Source of the DNA: Candidatus Woesearchaeota archaeon
GTDB lineage: Archaea; Nanobdellota; Nanobdellia; SCGC-AAA011-G17; ARS1403
Length of the DNA stretch: 52,745 nt
Reading direction: 5' to 3'
Assembly: GCA_016181275.1 (NCBI GenBank)
Contig: JACOZQ010000024.1
Coordinates: forward strand, 661 to 53,405
A program made the position numbers and the translations under genes. Within the stretch, counting starts at the first letter, position 1; every line of letters begins with the position of its first letter. Of the stretch, positions 45,973 to 52,745 are shown in pieces. The notes under the pieces were generated by a model. It worked only from the letters and a program-made list of their open reading frames with translations, made no database searches and was not told where the DNA came from.

Positions 45973-46830
45973 ATGTTATCCAAAATAATAACAATTGTAA
46001 ATTTTAGGATATTGAAATTTTTAATCAAAAGAACAGAACCTAGTCTTAGTGATATAGCAAGATGTACAAAAACGACAAAGGCCAATACTTTCTATGCCTT
46101 AAAAAGCTTATTAAAAGAAAATATTGTAAGAAAAACAATCAAGGGTAAAACCCACCTTTACAAATTTAATATATTCCATCCATATTCCAAGATCATTATT
46201 GATATGGTAGAAGAAGAAAGGCAATCCAGTTATAATGAAAAACTGGGTAATATTCCAATGATTATTCATTCCTTTCTTGCAACTTCCCTTAAAAAGGAGT
46301 ATCAAGGCTGTATTTTTTTTGGGTCTAGCCTGGTGGATAAATATAAGGATATAGATGTTTTCATCCTCATAAAAAATAAAAAAAAGACGGTGGCTTTAGA
46401 AAAAAAATTAAAGTTTATCAATCGTAAAATTTCTCCTATTTTTGGTTCAGAAGGAGAGATTAAAATCGGGATTAAAAATGAAGATATGCTCTATAAAAAT
46501 ATTATCGAGGGAGTTTCATTTGGGTTTGACGCGGCAAAGATTAAATATCAAGATTTATTTCTAAAAAAACAAGATATAATAGAGAGATTTATTATAGGAT
46601 ATAGAGAGATTTTAAGTTGTTTGGAATTTAAAGAAAGAGAATATGTCAAACTTCATTTGGATAGGGGAATAATGGATGTTATTTATGCAATATTGAATTA
46701 TTTTGATTTTTTCCCGAGAAATGATAAAGAAGCCATTAGTCTATTCAAAAATAGTCTTAAGGAATCAAAACCAAAAACAATAAAAGAAGCATTTTGTACT
46801 ATAGAAAAATATGGTTGGATACTGAGATGA
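45973..46830 (+). CDS. winged-HTH plus minimal nucleotidyltransferase (MNT) protein
   Basis: HTH SLSDIARCTKTTKANTFYALKSL; MNT motif FFGSS...DIDVFI. Confidence 0.85.
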   Translation: MLSKIITIVNFRILKFLIKRTEPSLSDIARCTKTTKANTFYALKSLLKENIVRKTIKGKTHLYKFNIFHPYSKIIIDMVEEERQSSYNEKLGNIPMIIHSFLATSLKKEYQGCIFFGSSLVDKYKDIDVFILIKNKKKTVALEKKLKFINRKISPIFGSEGEIKIGIKNEDMLYKNIIEGVSFGFDAAKIKYQDLFLKKQDIIERFIIGYREILSCLEFKEREYVKLHLDRGIMDVIYAILNYFDFFPRNDKEAISLFKNSLKESKPKTIKEAFCTIEKYGWILR

Positions 46831-47308
46831 AAGAAAAAGAAATAAAAGAGGAATTGGAGCTTTGCTTAAGAAGTTTTTTGGACGCTGAAGAAAGATCAAA
46901 ACAAAAAGGTATTGATACTTTTGACGAATTTTAGAAAGTGCTTTTAATAGGTTATTTATGTGTATGGAGCATTTATGCAATGCCATAATCTTATTAGAGA
47001 TGGGAAACTTCAGTAAGAAGCATTTTGGAGACTTTACAAAATTAAAAGGTTTAAAAGAAAAATACATGTCAGATTTAGCAGAAACATACCAAACTACTTA
47101 TAACTTTAGGTCTTATGGTGATTACAGAAAATTTCCAGAAGTCAAAGATAAGTTTAACAGAGGAGAATTAAAAAATAAAATTACAGTAGTAAATGTAGTA
47201 ATCAGGAACAGTTTTGGGATAATAGGGAGAGATGTAGATATTAAGGAGATAACTCAAAAATTATTCAAAACTAAAAAACAAAAGCCTATGAATAATAAAA
47301 ATAAATGA
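46827..47308 (+). pseudogene. HEPN-domain protein, frameshifted
   Basis: ATG 46827 overlaps the MNT stop and reads MKEKEIKEEL...DTFDEF*. Another frame gives ILESAFNRLFMCMEH...KKH...FRSYGDY. One base is missing near 46926. Confidence 0.75.
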
Positions 47309-47423
47309 TGAACAGCACCAGGAATTTCCCCCAATTATTGGAGTACAGTTCTAGGCGTTGTCCTGCTTAACTTCCGTGTTCAGATGGGAACGGGTGGAAC
47401 CAGGACACTATGACCGTCCATCA
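47306..47423 (-). rRNA. rrf: 5S rRNA
   Basis: Reverse strand: TGATGGACGGTCATAG...CACCCGTTCCCATCTGAACACGGAAGTTAAGC...TGTACT...GGGAAA...TGCTGTTCATCA. Helix I ends pair, length is 118 nt, and TTTAAA lies about 25-30 bp upstream. Confidence 0.93.
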
Positions 47424-47480
47424 ATAAAGAAGCAGCAAAAATGGATTTTTAAAGTTTACCCAAAAAAGAAAGTTTTAAAT

Positions 47481-47500
47481 AGTATTACGATAGTAATACT
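47481..47500. promoter_or_regulatory. inverted repeat, putative TA operator
   Basis: AGTATTAC-GATA-GTAATACT between TATA TTTTAAATA and ATG 47504. Confidence 0.75.
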
Positions 47501-47503
47501 TTT

Positions 47504-47695
47504 ATGAAAACCGTTCCGGCAAAGCTTACTGAAAAATTAGTAGTTGAAGCAGACAATCTAATCAAAGAAGGATGGTATGCAAACAAATCAGAGTTAATTA
47601 GAGATGCTATTAGAGAATTAATTAATAAAACAAAGATGCAAAAACTTGAGAAGGCAATAAAAGAAGATGTAAAATGGGGGTTATATGGAAAATGA
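47504..47695 (+). CDS. RHH (CopG/Arc/MetJ) antitoxin
   Basis: LIKEGWYANKSELIRDAIRELI. Confidence 0.9.
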   Translation: MKTVPAKLTEKLVVEADNLIKEGWYANKSELIRDAIRELINKTKMQKLEKAIKEDVKWGLYGK

Positions 47696-48170
47696 AAGCT
47701 GTTCTGACAGCGGGCCTCTAATTCATTTAAACGAAATACATTCCTTACAATTATTCAAAATTTTTTCTAAGATTCATATTACAACCATTATTAAAGAGGA
47801 GATAAAAAAATATGAAATTAAATTGCCATCAAGGTTTGTTGTTGATAATATAAATAAGGACCAGATTTTGCTAATATCTGAAAGATATGGAATAGATCTC
47901 GGAGAATCCTCTACCATATGGCTGTGCAAATCATTAAATATATCTATTTTTCTTACTGATGATTTGGAAGCAAGGGAAACTGCTGAAAGTTTAGATCTGA
48001 GCCCCATTGGTACGATCGGAATAATATTAAGAAGCTTTAGGGAGGATATTATTAAAAAAGAAGATGCAATAATTTTATTGAAAGAGATATATCAGTCTTC
48101 TTCACTTTTCGTTACTTCTTCACTCATACAATATGCTATAAGAGAAATAAATAACTACAAGAAAAAATAA
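47685..48170 (+). CDS. PIN-domain protein (DUF3368-like) toxin
   Basis: DSGPLIHL, DLGE, FLTDDLEAR and GTIGII. Confidence 0.9.
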   Translation: MENESCSDSGPLIHLNEIHSLQLFKIFSKIHITTIIKEEIKKYEIKLPSRFVVDNINKDQILLISERYGIDLGESSTIWLCKSLNISIFLTDDLEARETAESLDLSPIGTIGIILRSFREDIIKKEDAIILLKEIYQSSSLFVTSSLIQYAIREINNYKKK

Positions 48171-48174
48171 ATTA

Positions 48175-48852
48175 TTAACTGAAAGTTTTTCTCTCTGTAA
48201 AACTATAATAACTATCCTTTCCGATTATCACATGGTCTAAAACCGGAATTGACAATAGCCTTCCCGAATCCTTTAAAATTTTTGTTACTTCGATGTCCGG
48301 CTGAGATGGATTTGAGTTTCCATTCGGATGATTATGTACTAGAATTATTGAATCAGCGCTATCCTTTATTGCTTCTTTGAAAACTTCTCTTGGATGGACT
48401 AAAGTTGTATTCAAAGTTCCAACGCTTATTTCTTTTATGCAGATAACTTCTCTCTTTGTGTCCAATAAAACTGTAAATAAAACTTCTTTCTTGTAATTTT
48501 TAACTTTATCAGACAGCATATCATTAATCTGCCTTGCTGATATGATTGCTTTTTTGTTGTATCCTCCTTTCACTAATTTATTACATCTTTTATTCAACTC
48601 TATAAAGCTGAGAATTTTCAATGCTACTATCCTGTCATTATTGCATTCTTTTTTCAATCCCTCAAAACCTAATTCTTCCAATCTATTAAAATTATATTTT
48701 TTCAATAATTTGTTAGCAAGATTAACAATGCTTCCATTTTTTGTTTTTCCAAGCAAGATTTCAAGCAATTCGGAATCAGATAATTTTTCAGCTCCTTCCC
48801 TGATTAATCTGTTTCCTGGACGATCGTACCATGGCATATCTAAAATTCCCAT
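48175..48852 (-). CDS. radC: RadC (JAB/MPN domain) protein
   Basis: RP..RL...G...LSDSELL, HPREVF, HNHPNG...PS..D and LDHVIIG. Confidence 0.95.
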   Translation of the reverse strand: MGILDMPWYDRPGNRLIREGAEKLSDSELLEILLGKTKNGSIVNLANKLLKKYNFNRLEELGFEGLKKECNNDRIVALKILSFIELNKRCNKLVKGGYNKKAIISARQINDMLSDKVKNYKKEVLFTVLLDTKREVICIKEISVGTLNTTLVHPREVFKEAIKDSADSIILVHNHPNGNSNPSQPDIEVTKILKDSGRLLSIPVLDHVIIGKDSYYSFTERKTFS

Positions 48853-48883
48853 ACTTCTCCATTGTAAAAATAAAACAAAAAAT

Positions 48884-51800
48884 TTATGCCGGCTGCTTCA
48901 TTCTCATAACTATATTATCGACTGCAAATTGCCTTCCATTAGGATCAAGTGAAAAAGTAAGCCTCTCTGCGGCATCTAATTTCCAGCCAGCTGTTTTTAA
49001 ATTATTCAATGGGATGCTCACAAGCCTCCATTCATCGTCGACAACGCCACCATCAATATAATCTTTAATGTTTACAACATTGCTTCCATAATTCCAAGTA
49101 GTTATCTTAAAAGTCCAGTCATCTTTTCCGTGGTCTCCATTGTTCCTGAAATAAAACTCGATTTTTTCAAAGGGAGAAAGATTTCTTCTTCCCTCATTTC
49201 CACAGTATAAATTATAGCTTGGAGCATTCCATCTTCCAGGTTTTCCCAATAATGCTTTGCCTCCGCCATATCCAATCGTCTCTTCTCCCCAGCATTTGCT
49301 TCCCAAAATAGGAACAGAATTTTCCTCTCCGTCGTATAATATTAAATCTCCTGCATTAAGTCTCGGCAATTCAGGCAAATCTCCAGAGGTTTTGATTCCA
49401 AAATTAATAACTGTATCAGATCCTAATGAAGCTCCAAATAAGTCGACTGGATAAACTCTCAAGGTATGATAGCCATGAGGGATATTTTCAAAAGTATATG
49501 ACCCATCATCAGATCTTACTTGAAGATAATTATCCAGCTGCATTATCACTCCGGAATAATCCTCATTGTCTTCATTTACTTGATAATTAACTGCAAATGA
49601 ATTTGTATTTAATACATCTCCATTTTTAAGAGATAAAATACTAATGCCGGAATTATCTACTTCAAAATTTAACGGCTCTGCCAGTCCATTAAATACTCCA
49701 TACAAAGGAATTGCTGTTACAGGTGTATTATTGTCGAAATTAGAATACAATCTATAATCTCTTCCTGATAAATCATAATTTGTTGCTGTTACTTCTGCTC
49801 CTTCTGCAATCGGTATTTTAAATAGAATATTGATTTGATTGCTCGCGAAGTCTACATTGTTTAATTTCAAATCATCATTTAATCCTTCTCTGTATTCTAC
49901 CACTAAGTTTTGATAATTGCTCAAATATGTATTTTCAATTGTTCCGCCTTTTGGGGGGTTGCTGTATCCTGTTTCAAAATTAACTATTCTCCCACCTAAA
50001 ATGTTTACTGCAAGATTTGCTCCATTATTAATTCTATAACCCAATCCCTTTCCGCCTCCGACAAAATTAGGATTTTCAATTGTTAAATTTCCTGAAACAT
50101 GCTCTGTATTTACCCCATGCGAATTATATCCATAATGCATTAGCTTAAAGTTTTTAATTAAATCACTATTTGAATAAGACAATCTTAATCCGTTTGGTGA
50201 AATTATTTCTGCTATATTATTTTCAAATGCTCCATATTTTTGTACAGGTATTCCGATTTGAATATATTTTCCTTTTATTTCTCCAGGAATTCCATCAATA
50301 TAAGGCACAATCCCTTTTACAAAACTTGGATGCCTATAGTATGCATAACCTGCTATGTTAAAGTAACCAGCAGCAAGATTATTTTTTACCTGCAATAAAG
50401 GACCTCTAAACCAATAGCCAAATCCTCCTGCACCCATATCCTCTCCATTCAGCCTGTTAAATCTCCCAGTGTCATCAACTCCAGAGCCGCCGCCGAGACC
50501 TAAAACAAAATTTTTCTCTACAATGCCCGTTTCTACTCCATCCTCTGCAAAAATTCCAGAGCCACCAGCTCCAATAATTGTATTTCCAATTATATCGCCA
50601 TAGCTGTCGTGATTTACAATTCCAAATCTTGGAGATGTTACAATAGAATTTCCTTCAAACAAGAATTTCTCATGAGCATGATGCACGTGCAATGCATACC
50701 TTGCTCTCTGATTTTTTCCAATGCTTAAAATATTTCCAGCCTCGTCGTATTTTGTGTCTTCTCTTTCAGCTACAAGCGTCCTTCCCATACCCTCAATCCT
50801 GGCGTTTTTCACAATTGCTTTTACATGTCCAGCGAGTAATATTTGACCTCTTCTCTTAATGTCATCAAAAGCTAAATTTTTATTCTGGTCAAAATCATCT
50901 TTAATCATGACATTGTCTCCATCTGATTTAAGAATAATATTTCTTGCTGGATTTACCACATAACCATCATGTTCATATTGTAAAGATTTATCTAAAATGA
51001 TCTGATTTCCCGATATATTTAATATTGTTGCAATCTCATGCTTAGGATCATGATCCATATTGTATGCAAAAGCAGTTCCTCTTGTCGTATCTTCAACATA
51101 TAATTTATTTCCAGCTCTCCAGCCGGTTGAATTTTCAACAAAGATTACATTTGAACCATTGACTGTTTTTTGCAATAATTTTGTCCATGGAATTTGTGCT
51201 TGAGCTCCCTCAATATTTACTTTACCGCCATCAGTCATTAATCCTAGATTAAATTGCCCGGGATCTTCATCCAGGTCAACTTCCCCTAAAAAAATTATTT
51301 CAGTATCAATAAATGGATTGTCATTTTTAATCTCAAATTCCCCGGTTTTATACACATGAATTGTCCCTACTGTTAACTTTGTATCTATTGTATTATCAAA
51401 ACTTAATTTTCCTTTTAGTACAACTGCTCTAAATTTATCATCTGAAATATCATCATAAACAACTTCTGCCCCTTCTGATATTAACACAACATCATTCTCA
51501 TCCAAAACATTATCCTCAAATATTTCCGACCATGTATATTTTAAGGATTCATTATCTATCCCTTCAAAAAATGTTTCCAATGGATAATCTGAATTTTCCC
51601 TTACTGTACTGCTAATAACAACATCATCAATATCACCATCAAAATTTCCTAGTGCTAAACCCCAATCACTATTTCTTCCATAGTTTGGAGGGGCTTTTTG
51701 AGATCCCAATAAAACATCATCAACATAAAAGCTTACATTTTCATTTTCATCAAAGGTAATTCTTAATTGATGCCATTGGTTGCTTGCTACACTATCATTC

Positions 51801-52438
51801 CATATTTGCGGGCTAATTATTGAGTATTTGTTAGCGCTAAAACTTGGAACTCTAGGATTATTCCATTTTCCATCAATTAAAGAAAAATAACTGTCCCAGC
51901 TCTGTGATAATGAGACTACTGGAAAATTATTAATGCTCCATGATTTATAATTTCTAGGAAATATTTTTGCTTCTATAGTTAATTTAGAAGGTGTAGTGCC
52001 ACCCATTACAAGCATATCAGGAATGTTAATTGTTGCATTATCATCTAAATTTGAAGTTCTCAAAACTTTATTTCCATTATCATCTACAATCTGGGCATTT
52101 CCTTGAACATTCAAGTCAAAGCCATTTGGTCCAGCATCATTAAAGCTATCTTCAAAATTATACAAAGCTATGATATTAGGATCTTTTACTGTTTTGCTTA
52201 AATTTGCTCCTTCAATTTTAATGGTTGCTGTCAGCTCATTATTTGGTATCCAGTCTCCCATCATTTCTCCTAATGCTCCATGATGATGCTGCGCAAAATA
52301 AATAGGAATTTTCTCTCCTGATTCCCATTCAGGATTTAAGATAGTACATTTATTATTATCACACAATTCTGCTAAAGACGTCGGCACCGATAGAGATAGA
52401 AATAAAAGTGAAATAATAATTAAAAATTTTAGTTTCAT
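48884..52438 (-). CDS. secreted multidomain protein: LamG, G8, parallel beta-helix, Ig-like and C-terminal CBM-like domains
   Basis: Signal peptide; ALYNFE..WHQLRITFD..FDGDIDDV (LamG); VVLISEGAEVVYD..KGKLSF..GGKVNIEG (G8); ARYALHVHH; WRLVSIPL..VDNI (CBM-like). Confidence 0.85.
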   Translation of the reverse strand: MKLKFLIIISLLFLSLSVPTSLAELCDNNKCTILNPEWESGEKIPIYFAQHHHGALGEMMGDWIPNNELTATIKIEGANLSKTVKDPNIIALYNFEDSFNDAGPNGFDLNVQGNAQIVDDNGNKVLRTSNLDDNATINIPDMLVMGGTTPSKLTIEAKIFPRNYKSWSINNFPVVSLSQSWDSYFSLIDGKWNNPRVPSFSANKYSIISPQIWNDSVASNQWHQLRITFDENENVSFYVDDVLLGSQKAPPNYGRNSDWGLALGNFDGDIDDVVISSTVRENSDYPLETFFEGIDNESLKYTWSEIFEDNVLDENDVVLISEGAEVVYDDISDDKFRAVVLKGKLSFDNTIDTKLTVGTIHVYKTGEFEIKNDNPFIDTEIIFLGEVDLDEDPGQFNLGLMTDGGKVNIEGAQAQIPWTKLLQKTVNGSNVIFVENSTGWRAGNKLYVEDTTRGTAFAYNMDHDPKHEIATILNISGNQIILDKSLQYEHDGYVVNPARNIILKSDGDNVMIKDDFDQNKNLAFDDIKRRGQILLAGHVKAIVKNARIEGMGRTLVAEREDTKYDEAGNILSIGKNQRARYALHVHHAHEKFLFEGNSIVTSPRFGIVNHDSYGDIIGNTIIGAGGSGIFAEDGVETGIVEKNFVLGLGGGSGVDDTGRFNRLNGEDMGAGGFGYWFRGPLLQVKNNLAAGYFNIAGYAYYRHPSFVKGIVPYIDGIPGEIKGKYIQIGIPVQKYGAFENNIAEIISPNGLRLSYSNSDLIKNFKLMHYGYNSHGVNTEHVSGNLTIENPNFVGGGKGLGYRINNGANLAVNILGGRIVNFETGYSNPPKGGTIENTYLSNYQNLVVEYREGLNDDLKLNNVDFASNQINILFKIPIAEGAEVTATNYDLSGRDYRLYSNFDNNTPVTAIPLYGVFNGLAEPLNFEVDNSGISILSLKNGDVLNTNSFAVNYQVNEDNEDYSGVIMQLDNYLQVRSDDGSYTFENIPHGYHTLRVYPVDLFGASLGSDTVINFGIKTSGDLPELPRLNAGDLILYDGEENSVPILGSKCWGEETIGYGGGKALLGKPGRWNAPSYNLYCGNEGRRNLSPFEKIEFYFRNNGDHGKDDWTFKITTWNYGSNVVNIKDYIDGGVVDDEWRLVSIPLNNLKTAGWKLDAAERLTFSLDPNGRQFAVDNIVMRMKQPA

Positions 52439-52551
52439 TAATTAACCCTCCCAATTTCTGATTTCCAAAAGAAGGGTTTAAAAAGATTTATAAATATTTG
52501 GAGTATATAATATATATAAAAAATTAAATGATTTGTTGGGTGACAAGATTC

Positions 52552-52745
52552 ATGAAAATTGGCTATAAGATTCTATTTGGATATTTTATGTCAATTTTCC
52601 TATTTAGCTCGGTAATTTATGCAGCAGGCAGTGGAAGCGGCGGAACAATAAGAAGAGCTCAAACAAGTCAAGCTGAAGTTAAAGAACCAGAGACAACCAA
52701 GACTGAACAAATTCAAAAACCGGTTGCTGATTTATCTATTGGATT
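52552..52745 (+). CDS. secreted protein, truncated by window end
   Basis: MKIGYKILFGYFMSIFLFSSVIYAAGSGSGG..., open to the window end. Confidence 0.7.
   Translation, partial: MKIGYKILFGYFMSIFLFSSVIYAAGSGSGGTIRRAQTSQAEVKEPETTKTEQIQKPVADLSIG

Noticed and set aside
2588..50361. Numerous 60-190 aa ORFs antisense to or nested in long genes (e.g. 6898-7467, 18199-18618, 48542-48952)
   Set aside because: They are shadow frames of well-supported genes, with S/F/L/I-biased composition and no motifs.
52533..52546. TTGTTGGGTGACAA resembling the 1789/8764 palindrome
   Set aside because: Only one half-site matches and the spacing differs.
1..52745. CRISPR array, prophage or integrase
   Set aside because: No regularly spaced repeats and no capsid, terminase, recombinase or transposase motifs were found by eye.

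Overview
AT-rich archaeal chromosome segment, most consistent with a DPANN lineage such as Woesearchaeota. This is inferred from TTTAWA TATA boxes before many apparently leaderless genes, Rpp21, an archaeal Lhr with intein, PIP-box RNase HII, an intron-containing tRNA-Trp, a stand-alone 5S rRNA and DPANN-style S-layer proteins. It carries housekeeping genes (msrB, two csp, smc, rnhB, dCMP deaminase, lhr, DEAD-box helicase, rnp4, ThyA-like fusion, nrdR-nrdA-nrdB, ferredoxin, methylthiotransferase, glutaredoxin, radC), five toxin-antitoxin modules and large secreted proteins. The most unusual items are: (1) a tightly coupled operon of a MinD/FlhG-like ATPase with a long coiled-coil insert, a membrane coiled-coil protein, a secreted protein ending in an apparent 8-stranded bacterial-type outer-membrane beta-barrel and a dockerin/Ig adhesin, followed by an S-layer-like gene that shares an upstream palindrome with the operon; (2) a winged-HTH fused to a catalytically eroded phosphoglycerate kinase; (3) a PolB derivative with intact exonuclease motifs, dead polymerase motifs and a terminal QLEIF; (4) an MNT-HEPN module between an intact 5S rRNA gene and a diverged 3' 5S fragment; (5) a Chlamydia-type class Ic ribonucleotide reductase with NrdR boxes; (6) a 175-bp MITE-like element. 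All calls are by eye; no searches were run.
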